From Rhodothermales bacterium (lineage in GTDB: Bacteria; Bacteroidota; Rhodothermia; Rhodothermales; JANQRZ01): 64,000 nt of DNA. This document shows, piece by piece, positions 46,142-54,923 of this stretch. Position 1 is the stretch's first letter. Every line of letters begins with the position of its first letter. The notes below the pieces were generated by a model. The model did no database searches. It worked only from the letters and a program-made list of their open reading frames with translations, and was not told where the DNA came from. Both the position numbers and the translations under genes were made by a program. The stretch covers positions 327,472 to 391,471 of the forward strand of contig JANQRZ010000006.1 of the NCBI GenBank assembly GCA_028284265.1, in the 5' to 3' direction.

Positions 46142-46327
46142 CTAGAAGTCGTCATCATCGTCAAAAATGAGGTCGTCGTCATCAAAGTCGTCATCTTCGT
46201 CGAAGTCGAGGTCGTCGTCGAAGTCCTCGTCGTCGAGGTCGAGGTCCTCATCGTCGAAATCGTCCTCGTCGAGGAAGTCGTCGTCGGTTTCGTAGGCGAC
46301 GGGCATCGCCAGAGTTTCCGGGTCCAT
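46142..46327 (-). CDS. Hyper-acidic D/F-rich 61-aa protein (candidate)
   Basis: ATG start. MDPETLAMPVAYETDDDFLDEDDFDDEDLDLDDEDFDDDLDFDEDDDFDDDDLIFDDDDDF. Ends 11 nt upstream of the PPOX-family gene on the same strand. Confidence 0.5.
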   Translation of the reverse strand: MDPETLAMPVAYETDDDFLDEDDFDDEDLDLDDEDFDDDLDFDEDDDFDDDDLIFDDDDDF

Positions 46328-46478
46328 GTCGTCGTCGGTGGTCGTGCGGGTGAGAAGAAGGAAGCCGGGTGCGAAACTTCGAGGGGTCTTGGTGGGGCAC
46401 CCGGCGGGACGTTGGTAGTTTACGAAGCCTAGCCTTATCTGCCAACGCAGTATCCAGAAGAAAACGCAACGCCGCCTT

Positions 46479-46889
46479 ATGTATGATGCCGAACGCAGTG
46501 CCTATCCGCATCCCGATGACTTCAAAGTGATGCGTCCTGAGTACCTCGACCCCGAGGAGGACAGCGGTGACGAGGTGCGAGCCAGCATCACGGTCGCTCC
46601 GTTCCGGGTTGAGGGCCGCAGCATGACGCGGGCCGGTGCCCGCCGCGCCGCGCTCTACGAAGCCCAGAAGACCTACCGCAACTACCACCCGTCGCACCGG
46701 ATTCCGAGTCCGTACCCGGACGCCTTTACCGACTTGGAGGGAACCGAGTGGACCCGCGTCAAGGCCAGCCAGCGGGGCGACCTCGGCGACTACCAATTCC
46801 TCCTCGAAGGCGACGACGAGGAAGACTACGCTGACATCGAGCAGATGCTCGCGTGGGACATCCGCGTCGCCCCGTCCGACGACGACTAG
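46479..46889 (+). CDS. Hypothetical acidic protein
   Basis: ATG start, 136 aa. No family recognised. Divergent from the hyper-acidic ORF. Confidence 0.45.
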   Translation: MYDAERSAYPHPDDFKVMRPEYLDPEEDSGDEVRASITVAPFRVEGRSMTRAGARRAALYEAQKTYRNYHPSHRIPSPYPDAFTDLEGTEWTRVKASQRGDLGDYQFLLEGDDEEDYADIEQMLAWDIRVAPSDDD

Positions 46890-46980
46890 CTTCGTCCGCG
46901 TTACCGTTTCATGAGCGCGTGCCTGATCCGTCGGGCACGCGCTTTTGTGTTGGCCCGCGCCGGTATTTTCCGGCGTGTCC

Positions 46981-48462
46981 ATGAACCCCACGCCGATGAT
47001 TCGCTCTCTCTCGTTCATCCTTCTCCTCTCCCTCTCGGCCTGTGGCCCTCGCTTCGTGGCGGTATCCGATTCGGCTCCGCCTGCCGAGCCAACGGTGGAA
47101 CCGGCCCCAGAGGATATCCCCCCAGGTCCGCCGGTTGCTGTGGAGGCGACGGCGTGGCTTCAGGCCGGACCGATGCTGGGCTATGCAACCCACCGCGAGG
47201 CGACCGTCTGGATTCAGACCGCCGGGCCTGCGGAGGTGCAGGTGCGCTACGAGCCGATCCGCATGTCGGGCGATTCCATCGGCGTTGCGCCGAAGTCGGG
47301 CCAAACATCCGTGCTGACGACGAGCGATGCCACCGACCACATCGCGCTGTTCCGTATTGCGGGCCTCGAACCGGGCACGCAGTATGCCTACGACGTGCTG
47401 GTCGATGGCGTACCGGTGGCCGAGATGCTTCCGTTCGCGTTTGAGACGCAGCCGCTCTGGCAATGGCGCACCGACCCGCCGAGCTTCACCGCCGCCGTTG
47501 GCTCGTGCTCATACGTCAACGACCCGCCCTACGACCGCCCCGGCGATGGCTACGGCGGTGACTACCGCATCTTCGAGTCGATCCGCGCGCTCGACCCGGA
47601 CCTGATGCTCTGGACCGGCGACAACATCTACCTCCGCGAAGTCGACTGGTGGAGCGAAGCGGGCATCCGGTACCGCTATGCCCACACCCGTGGCCTGACC
47701 GAGATGCAGGGCCTCCTCGCCAACCAGCCCAACTACGCGACGTGGGACGACCACGACTTCGGCCCGAACAACTCGGACCGGTCCTACGTGCTGAAGGGCG
47801 AAGTGCTAGAGGCGTTCACCGACTACTGGGCCAACCCGACCTACGGCCTGCCCGACGTACCCGGCGTCTTCGGTCAGTTCCAGTGGGCCGATGTCGACTT
47901 CTTCCTCCTTGACGACCGTTACCACCGCACACCGAGCAGCCTCGTCGAAACCGAGCCGCGCTCGATTCTGGGCGAGGCGCAACTGACCTGGCTCCTCGAC
48001 GCGCTCGTGGCGAGCCGTGCTCCGTTCAAGGTCGTCGTGATGGGCGGGCAGATCCTGAACCCGATCCCGATCTATGAGAGCTACACGAACGTGGCCCCCG
48101 AGGAGCGCGAGCGCCTGATTGATGGGATCGTGGAGCGGCGGATCGAGGGCGTCGTCTTCCTCTCCGGCGACCGGCACCATACCGAACTGATCGAGGTGCA
48201 GCCCGAGGGATTCTATCCGCTCTACGACTTTACCAGCTCGCCACTCACCGCCGGGGCGGCCACGCCGAGGCGAGAGATGGACAACCCTGACCGCGTGCCG
48301 GGCACGCTCGTCTACGGGCAGCGCAACTTCGGGACCATGACCTTCACCGGGCCCCGCACCGACCGCACGCTTACCATGCGGACCTACGACACCGATGGCG
48401 AACTCCTCTGGACCCACGCCGTCCGCGCCGCCGATCTCCGGCTGCCCCGCGACGACCGCTAG
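46981..48462 (+). CDS. PhoD-like alkaline phosphatase / metallophosphatase lipoprotein
   Basis: Lipobox LSLSACG. GSCSY...WTGDNIYL...WDDHDFGPNN...FLSGDRHH. Confidence 0.85.
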   Translation: MNPTPMIRSLSFILLLSLSACGPRFVAVSDSAPPAEPTVEPAPEDIPPGPPVAVEATAWLQAGPMLGYATHREATVWIQTAGPAEVQVRYEPIRMSGDSIGVAPKSGQTSVLTTSDATDHIALFRIAGLEPGTQYAYDVLVDGVPVAEMLPFAFETQPLWQWRTDPPSFTAAVGSCSYVNDPPYDRPGDGYGGDYRIFESIRALDPDLMLWTGDNIYLREVDWWSEAGIRYRYAHTRGLTEMQGLLANQPNYATWDDHDFGPNNSDRSYVLKGEVLEAFTDYWANPTYGLPDVPGVFGQFQWADVDFFLLDDRYHRTPSSLVETEPRSILGEAQLTWLLDALVASRAPFKVVVMGGQILNPIPIYESYTNVAPEERERLIDGIVERRIEGVVFLSGDRHHTELIEVQPEGFYPLYDFTSSPLTAGAATPRREMDNPDRVPGTLVYGQRNFGTMTFTGPRTDRTLTMRTYDTDGELLWTHAVRAADLRLPRDDR

Positions 48463-48827
48463 TCACGGACGAAATCGACCGGAACGCCATCGAACTCCAG
48501 CGTGAGGTCGGTTTCGGTGAGCGTCAGGATGGGAACGTTGACCTGCTCTCTGTCTAGGTCTCGGTAAACGAGGACGGTGCCATCGTCGTCGAGCGCCCAT
48601 TCCGTAGTCACTTCGTTACCGCTAGCGAAGGTGAGGTCGAGGCGTCCGCCATTGCTGTTTTGCCGGAACTCATAGCGTACCGGCAAGTCGGGGTTAGCAA
48701 CTGGATCGACGATCCGCCACGCGCCGCCGGTCAGGAGGTCGATGGCTTGGTCGGTTTCCGACGGGTCGCACGCTGCGAGTGTGAGGCCGAAGCCGAGAGT
48801 TAGCAGGCAGAGGAGAACGGTACGCAT
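48459..48827 (-). CDS. Small lipoprotein (lipocalin-like?)
   Basis: Signal peptide plus lipobox LTLAAC, 122 aa. Convergent 4-nt overlap with the PhoD-like gene. Confidence 0.5.
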   Translation of the reverse strand: MRTVLLCLLTLGFGLTLAACDPSETDQAIDLLTGGAWRIVDPVANPDLPVRYEFRQNSNGGRLDLTFASGNEVTTEWALDDDGTVLVYRDLDREQVNVPILTLTETDLTLEFDGVPVDFVRD

Positions 48828-48867
48828 GATGCCGTTGTGGTCAGGTGTTGATCGGGGGCGGGCGGGA

Positions 48868-49923
48868 TCACGGCGTCACCTCGCCGACCCGCTCTAGGAC
48901 AACCGCCGGTTCCAGCGCCCGCACCCAGACAGTGTCGCCGGGGCCGAAGCGCGTCCGGTTGTCGGTGTGGACGAGGCAGTCGATGCCGCCGAGTTGGACG
49001 CGGTACGTAATATCGTGCCCGCGATACTCCCGCCCGAGGATGGTGCCTTCGAGACTTGCTGCATTGTCTGGGGTGGCTGCGAGGGCCAGATGCTCCGGTC
49101 GGATCGAGAGCAGGACGGAGCCGTGGACAGCGCGGTTCAGCCGAAGGCGTCCCAGCACGGTATCGGCTTCCTCGCCGTCAGCTTGAGTCAGGAGGAGGTT
49201 GGTGCGCCCGAGGAACTGGGCGACGAAGAGGGTGCGCGGCGTCGCATAGATCTCCTCCGGCGTGCCCGTCTGGTCGATCCGCCCGTTCTGCATCACGGCC
49301 ACGCGGTCGGCGAAGGAGAGCGCCTCTTCCTGATCGTGGGTGACGAGGAGTGCGGTCATGCCTTCGCGCTTGAGGAGGTCGCGGACGCGCTCGCGCATTT
49401 CCTGCCGCAGGAGCGCATCGAGATTCGAGAACGGCTCATCCAAGAGAAGCAAACGAGGTCGCGGGGCCATCGCGCGGGCGAGGGCGACGCGCTGCTGCTG
49501 TCCACCCGAGAGCGCGTGCGGCTTCCGCGCCTCGAACCCGCCGAGGCCGACGAGTCGCAGTACCTCATCGGCTCGGTCGCCGCGTTCTCGCTTCGGCAAG
49601 CTGCCGAGGCCGAAGAGGACGTTGTCGCGCACCGAGAGGTGAGGGAAGAGCGCGTAGTCCTGAAACACGAACCCGATTCCGCGCCGCTCCGGCGGTACGA
49701 GCGTGCCCCCGCCCGTGAACATCTGCCCGCCGAGGCTGACCGTCCCGCTGTCGGGTTGCTCGAAGCCTGCGATGCAGCGGAGCGCCGTCGTCTTCCCGCA
49801 CCCGCTCGGCCCGAGGAGCGCAAACGTCTCACCCTCCTCGACCTCGAACGAGAGGCCGTTGACGACCGGCAGCGCGCCATCGGCGAATCGCTTGGAGAGG
49901 CAGGAGACGGTGAGCAGGGGCAC
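48868..49923 (-). CDS. ABC transporter ATP-binding protein (Fe3+/polyamine importer type)
   Basis: GTG start. Walker A GPSGCGKTT, signature LSGGQQQRVALARA, Walker B LLLLDEP, and a C-terminal TOBE-like domain. Confidence 0.9.
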   Translation of the reverse strand: MPLLTVSCLSKRFADGALPVVNGLSFEVEEGETFALLGPSGCGKTTALRCIAGFEQPDSGTVSLGGQMFTGGGTLVPPERRGIGFVFQDYALFPHLSVRDNVLFGLGSLPKRERGDRADEVLRLVGLGGFEARKPHALSGGQQQRVALARAMAPRPRLLLLDEPFSNLDALLRQEMRERVRDLLKREGMTALLVTHDQEEALSFADRVAVMQNGRIDQTGTPEEIYATPRTLFVAQFLGRTNLLLTQADGEEADTVLGRLRLNRAVHGSVLLSIRPEHLALAATPDNAASLEGTILGREYRGHDITYRVQLGGIDCLVHTDNRTRFGPGDTVWVRALEPAVVLERVGEVTP

Positions 49924-49999
49924 GGTGGGACAGTGGGCGGAGGACAGAAGGCAGTGGGCGGAAAGCTAAGTCATAGTTTTAGCTCGGCACCCTGACGCG

Positions 50000-51601
50000 T
50001 CACGGGTCACGTTGCCCATCGCGTTGAAGCAGCAGGCCGACGAGGACGGTCGAGGTCAGGATCAGGGCGAGGGCATAGGGGGCAGCGACGCTGAAGAGTG
50101 ATTCGCTCGCCGCGCCCCACATCCGCATTGCCAGCGACTCGAAGCCGAGCGGAGAAAGCAGAAACGTGATCGGGAGTTCCTTCAGCGCCGAGAGGAAGAC
50201 GAACGCCATGCTCACGACCAAGCCCCGGCGTAGGAGCGGAAACGTCGCTGCGAAGAACGCCCGCAGCGGCGAGTGCCCGAGCGATCGCGCCGCTTCCTGC
50301 ACCTGCGGCGGGGCTTGGTAGAGCGCGCTCCGCACCGGCCCTAGCGCCTCCGCCAGAAAGTGCAGCGCGTAGGCCACGATGAGCAAGCCGAGCGTCTGAT
50401 ATGCCCACGGCATCGCCCGCAGCGAGAAAAACACGAGGGCGAGGGCGAAGGCGAGCGGCGGGGTGGCATAACCGAGGTAGGCGATTCGCTCCAGCACCCG
50501 CGTCCGCTTCGAGGCCCGCCGCACGCCGAGGTAGGCGATGGGCACCGCGAGCGCTGCCGCCAACACCGCCGCTCCCGCACTTGCACTGGCCGAATCCCAC
50601 AGGGCTTCGAGGAGGTGTCCCCCGCGCTCCGTACTCCGCCCGAGCCAGTAGAGCACCGTCACCAGGGGCAGTCCGACCGACAGAAACCCGACGCCGCCCG
50701 CGAACCCGAGCGCCGGCCCCTGCCACGCGCCGAGCGCCGAGCGTTGTCGGTGTCGCGCCATCCCGCCGCCCGCCCGGTGGAACAGCCGACCGCGCAGCAG
50801 CCGCGCCTCGCCCCACAGCAGCGCGCCCGTCAGCCCGAGCAGCATCAGCGCCAGCCACGCTGCGTACACCCGGTCATACGACGCCGCGTACTGGAGGTAG
50901 ATGGCATAGCTGAACGTCTCGAACCGCATCAGCGAGACCACCCCGAAGTCGCCGAGGACGTGGAGGACGATCAGCAGGCCGCCCGCCAGAAACGCTGGGC
51001 GCAGGTGCGGCAGGACCACCCGCCACCGAACTTCCTGCCGACTCGCCCCGAGCGACCGCGCCGACTCTTCCAGTGCCGGGTCCAACCCCAGCAGCGCGGC
51101 GCGAAGGTTCAGGAAGAGATAGGGAAAGGTGTAGAGACTCAGCGCCAACCACGCCCCGACGAACCCGTGCGGGCGGGGGATGACGAGGCCAGTCAGCGAG
51201 GCGAGCGTGCCGTTCGGTCCGGCGGTGGCGAGGAGCGCATAGGCCATCACGTAGCCCGGCACCGCGAGCGGCAGCACGCCGAGGAGTGTGACGAACCGCT
51301 GCCCCCAGACATCGGTCCGCGTGACGAGCCACGCCAGCGGCAATGAGATCGCGGTCGTCAGAGCCAGCACCGCTGCCGCGAGGCCGAGCGTATTGCCCAG
51401 CAGCCGGAGATTCCGCGTCCGCAGGACGAGGTCGGCCAGTTCCCCCGCTTCGGCCCCGAACGCCCGCACCACCAGATACCCCAGCGGCACCACCACGCCG
51501 AGCACAACCAACGCTGTCGGTCCCCACAGGTACCAGCGCGTGATGAACGACGAATGCCGAAGGTCTAGCGAGGTCATGGCCATTCCATTCGACTTCCGCA
51601 T
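50000..51601 (-). CDS. Iron(III)-type ABC transporter permease (duplicated BPD domain)
   Basis: 533 aa with two permease halves carrying EAA-like loops (EESARSLGAS..., QEAARSLGHSPLRAFF). The start is uncertain (51601, 51583 or 51577). Confidence 0.9.
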   Translation of the reverse strand: MRKSNGMAMTSLDLRHSSFITRWYLWGPTALVVLGVVVPLGYLVVRAFGAEAGELADLVLRTRNLRLLGNTLGLAAAVLALTTAISLPLAWLVTRTDVWGQRFVTLLGVLPLAVPGYVMAYALLATAGPNGTLASLTGLVIPRPHGFVGAWLALSLYTFPYLFLNLRAALLGLDPALEESARSLGASRQEVRWRVVLPHLRPAFLAGGLLIVLHVLGDFGVVSLMRFETFSYAIYLQYAASYDRVYAAWLALMLLGLTGALLWGEARLLRGRLFHRAGGGMARHRQRSALGAWQGPALGFAGGVGFLSVGLPLVTVLYWLGRSTERGGHLLEALWDSASASAGAAVLAAALAVPIAYLGVRRASKRTRVLERIAYLGYATPPLAFALALVFFSLRAMPWAYQTLGLLIVAYALHFLAEALGPVRSALYQAPPQVQEAARSLGHSPLRAFFAATFPLLRRGLVVSMAFVFLSALKELPITFLLSPLGFESLAMRMWGAASESLFSVAAPYALALILTSTVLVGLLLQRDGQRDP

Positions 51602-51605
51602 AATC

Positions 51606-51699
51606 TGTCATTGCGAGGAGCGCAGCGAGGAGGAGTCTCCCGAGCCACCGTCTTGCGTGGCTTCAGAGTAGGAGATTCCTCGCTATGCTCGGAATGACA
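51606..51699. repeat. Palindromic MITE/REP-like element, copy 5 (intercistronic in the ABC operon)
   Basis: TGTCATTGCGAGGAGCGCAGCGAGGAGGAGTCTCC ... GGAGATTCCTCGCTATGCTCGGAATGACA. Confidence 0.85.
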
Positions 51700-51712
51700 G
51701 GGTCGCAAAGTA

Positions 51713-52738
51713 TCACAGCAAGTCCTGATCGCGGAGCAGGCGCAGCGTGCCGTCCATGTTGCTGAGGCGCTCGAAGTCCATCATCGGGCTGAGTTGAACG
51801 GCCTCGTCGAAGGGCGGCAGTGTGGCGGGGACCGAGACGCCCGGCATGACGGGATACTCGCGGACGGACTCGACGAATAGCTGCTGCGCTTCATCCGTGA
51901 GCAGGTAGTCGAGGAAACGAAGCGCGTTTGCCCGGTTGGCACCCGTCGCCAGCGCCCCGGCTCCGGTGACGAGCGCGAGGTTGCCCGCATCGCCCGGTGC
52001 GAAGCGGTAGATGGCGACCGGCGGATTGTCGAGGTCCGCCTCGGCAAGCACGCGGAGGACGTAGTAGTGGTTGGTGAGGGCCACGTCGATCTCCCCGGCG
52101 GCGAGGGCTTCGAGCATCGGCGTGTTCGAGCCGTAGGCGTTCGGCTCCAGCGCCTTCATGCCCTCGATCCACGCCTGCGTCGTGTCGGCTCCATGCTGGA
52201 TTTCCAGCGCCGTTACGAAGTCTTGGAAACTCGAATAGGTCGGCGTCCAGCCGATCCGTCCGCGCAGGCTCGTCATGCTCGGCAGGTCGAGGACGGAGGC
52301 GGGGAGGGCGGCGGCGTTCACCGCGTCGGGGTCGTAGGCGAGGACGCGGAAGCGGACCGTCACCGGCACCCACTGCCCGCTCGACGGGGCGTAGGCCGAG
52401 GGCTTTAGGAGCAGGCTGTCCGGCAGGTCGGTGAAGAGGCCCGCGCTGCGCGCCGCGCCGAGCGCCCCGGCGGTGTTGGCCCAGAACAGATCGGCCTGAC
52501 TCTGGTTGCCCTCTTCTTCGAGCGCCGCGATCAGTTCGGCGTCGCTCCCGTAACGCGCCTGCACGTTGATGCCGGTCTCCGTCCGAAAGCGGTCCACGAC
52601 CGACTCGACGAGCGCCTGCTTGCGCCCGGCGTAGATGACGAGGTCGCCCGCGTCGGCGGCCTCGTCAGACTGAGGCCCGGTACCGCAGGCGGGGAGGACG
52701 AGGAGCAGGGCGAGGGCGAGAACGGCGGAGCGGAGCAT
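51713..52738 (-). CDS. Iron(III)-type ABC transporter substrate-binding lipoprotein
   Basis: Lipobox LVLPACG. The extracellular solute-binding fold pattern (VIYAGRKQ...) and operon context with the permease and ATPase. Confidence 0.8.
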   Translation of the reverse strand: MLRSAVLALALLLVLPACGTGPQSDEAADAGDLVIYAGRKQALVESVVDRFRTETGINVQARYGSDAELIAALEEEGNQSQADLFWANTAGALGAARSAGLFTDLPDSLLLKPSAYAPSSGQWVPVTVRFRVLAYDPDAVNAAALPASVLDLPSMTSLRGRIGWTPTYSSFQDFVTALEIQHGADTTQAWIEGMKALEPNAYGSNTPMLEALAAGEIDVALTNHYYVLRVLAEADLDNPPVAIYRFAPGDAGNLALVTGAGALATGANRANALRFLDYLLTDEAQQLFVESVREYPVMPGVSVPATLPPFDEAVQLSPMMDFERLSNMDGTLRLLRDQDLL

Positions 52739-52847
52739 GGGCGAATCGAGTCTTGTTTAGATCGATTCAAAATAAGCCTGCTTTCCTTGCCGGGTGCGAG
52801 AAGCGCGTGAAGACACTGATCGTCTCGTGTTGAGAGTATGATGGACT

Positions 52848-53354
52848 CTAGAAGCTGAGGCCAAATCCCGCATTTATGCCAACGAAGCTTCTTTTTGCAT
52901 TCATGCTAGCAATGGCTCGAAATCGGACGAAAAGAGGGCCTGCTGGGTAGATGGCTGCCTCTGCGGTGATCGGGAGGCTGGCGACCGGACCGATTCGCTC
53001 GCGATTGCTTCCGGGATTTCCAAACAGAGGGGGAGGTTTAAAGAGCCATGCTAAACCGATCCCTGCTCCTGCCGAAAGGGACCACGTTTCACCTCCGGTG
53101 CTGGGGCCGACAATAATGCCTACTTCTTCTATTTGGCTACCGAAAAGCGTTCCTGCTGCTGCCAATCGCAAAGAGACAAACAACGGTTGCGAATGCCAAT
53201 CGGCGGAGGCATCTACGAGGATCTTGGGAGGGCCTTCCGTGCTAATGACGAAGCCGAGGCCACTGCTGATATTATTTCTAGGAGGTTGAGCTTTTTGCGC
53301 TAGAGCCGGAAAAGAGAGGCTCACAAACGCAAGGGTGATGCAGAGTTGACGCAT
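52848..53354 (-). CDS. Small hypothetical outer-membrane beta-barrel-like protein, AT-richer
   Basis: Signal peptide ...SFPALAQ, G/A-rich alternating strands, and a C-terminal GFGLSF (terminal Phe). Confidence 0.5.
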   Translation of the reverse strand: MRQLCITLAFVSLSFPALAQKAQPPRNNISSGLGFVISTEGPPKILVDASADWHSQPLFVSLRLAAAGTLFGSQIEEVGIIVGPSTGGETWSLSAGAGIGLAWLFKPPPLFGNPGSNRERIGPVASLPITAEAAIYPAGPLFVRFRAIASMNAKRSFVGINAGFGLSF

Positions 53355-53381
53355 GGGGGATAAAGCAAGAGCAGAGACACG

Positions 53382-54560
53382 CTACAGCACACGCACCAGC
53401 CGCCGCGTCGCGGTCTGCTCGCCCGCCGTCAGCCGAACGAGGTACAGGCCGGGGACGAGGCGGGCCGGGGCGAAGGTGACTTCGTGGGTGCCGGTCGGGC
53501 GCAAGCCTTCGTCCAGCGTCGCCACGCGGCGGCCGAGGGCGTCGAAGATGTCGAGGCGCACGTCGGCGGCGGTGGGGAGGTCGTAGGTCAGCGTCGTCGC
53601 CTCGCGGAACGGATTGGGGAACGGCGCGCGGAGCGCGAAGACGGTCGGCACGGTCTCGTCCTCGTTGGAGACCACCGGGGCGAAGTCGAACCGGGCGTAG
53701 ACCGGGACATGGTCCGAGGTCGTGCTGGTGTAGTTCGTGATCTCGGTCAGCACCTCGTCGAAGCGTGACATTGACCCCATGACATAGTCGCTCTCCACGT
53801 CCCGCGTGATGAGGATATGGTCGAGCGTCGAGCCGGAGGTGCAGGACTGGTTCGAGCAGAACGTCGGGACGTTGGCGAGGTCGAGGACTTCGGTGAGGAA
53901 GCGGTAGTTCTCGCCGTCGTCGCGGAAGTTCTGGTAGGGGGACACCTCGCCCGGCGTGATTGAGCTACGCAGTTCGTCGTTGAGGTCGCCGAGGACGATG
54001 GCCTTGTCGCCGTCGGCCAGAATCTCCTCGTCGAGATAGTCCTTGAGCGCCTCGGAGGCGTCGAGGCGGCGGTCGTAGCTCTCTTGGTCGCTACAGCACT
54101 TGGCGTGGATGTCGATGAAGTGGAGGCCTCGCACGGTCGTGTCGGGCAGCATGACGTTCGCCAGTAGCAGGAGCGGCGGACGGCTGGCGAAGGCGAACGA
54201 GAACTCGTCGAGGATGGTCAGATCGAGGAGCGGGTTGATGACATCGGTTTTGTAGATGAACCCATAGCCCAGTGGGCCACCGCGCCGCCACTCGCCTTCC
54301 CACCCGTCGCCGAGTGCCTCGACGAGTGCCTCGAAATCGTCCTCATCGTTCATCTCCTGCAGCGCCCACAAGTCGATCTCGGCGGCTTGTATGATCGCGA
54401 GGGTGTTGTCGAACTGGGCCTGATCGGGCGGCCCGCCCGTCTCACCGAAGCGCTCGATGTTCCACGTCGCCACGTCGAGCGTCGCGTCGGTCCCGACGGC
54501 GGGGATATCCTGTGCCGCGAGTGGGGCAGCGAGAAAGAGGAGCGGTAGCAGCAGGCGCAT
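53382..54560 (-). CDS. Endonuclease/exonuclease/phosphatase-family protein with T9SS C-terminal sorting domain
   Basis: The signal peptide is followed by the EEP motifs (VATWNIERF, LQEM, GDLN, SDHVPV). The last ~80 aa (PFPNPFREATTLTYDL...GLYLVRLTAGEQTATRRLVRVL) resemble Por_Secre_tail. Confidence 0.8.
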   Translation of the reverse strand: MRLLLPLLFLAAPLAAQDIPAVGTDATLDVATWNIERFGETGGPPDQAQFDNTLAIIQAAEIDLWALQEMNDEDDFEALVEALGDGWEGEWRRGGPLGYGFIYKTDVINPLLDLTILDEFSFAFASRPPLLLLANVMLPDTTVRGLHFIDIHAKCCSDQESYDRRLDASEALKDYLDEEILADGDKAIVLGDLNDELRSSITPGEVSPYQNFRDDGENYRFLTEVLDLANVPTFCSNQSCTSGSTLDHILITRDVESDYVMGSMSRFDEVLTEITNYTSTTSDHVPVYARFDFAPVVSNEDETVPTVFALRAPFPNPFREATTLTYDLPTAADVRLDIFDALGRRVATLDEGLRPTGTHEVTFAPARLVPGLYLVRLTAGEQTATRRLVRVL

Positions 54561-54750
54561 GGCGGCGGGGATTGGGAAAGATGACTTAGCTTTAAGCGTC
54601 CAACATACGCGCCGAGGATGCGGTTCTAGGCGAGCGCGTCAAAACAGAGCGAAGATGCCGCACGGTGTGCTAGAACCGGATCGGGTTTGTAGCTTTCGGG
54701 CTGCATCGAGTGCCTCAAACCGCAATCGCTAAAGCTCTCCCTCTCCGACT

Positions 54751-54888
54751 TGTCATCCCGAGCGGAGGCCATCGGCCGGAGTCGAGGGATCTCTGCGGGC
54801 ACAGTTCCAATAGGCTGCAACAGGTTTACCCGGAAAGATCCGTTCGACTGCGCTCCGGGCTGCGCCCTCTGCTCCGCTCAGGATGACA
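54751..54888. repeat. Palindromic MITE/REP-like element, copy 6 (between divergent genes)
   Basis: TGTCATCCCGAGCGGAGGCC...GTCGAGGGATCTC ... GATCCGTTCGACTGCGCTCC...GCTCCGCTCAGGATGACA. Confidence 0.8.
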
Positions 54889-54923
54889 GGCTCTCTCGTT
54901 GAAATGGATACCACCGTGTTCGC

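Noticed and set aside
46121-46432. A plus-strand 103-aa V/E/I-rich ORF overlapping the hyper-acidic ORF.
   Set aside because: It is the mirror reading of the GAC/GTC-rich tract and begins inside the PPOX-family gene's start region. It was kept only as the alternative explanation that neither strand codes.
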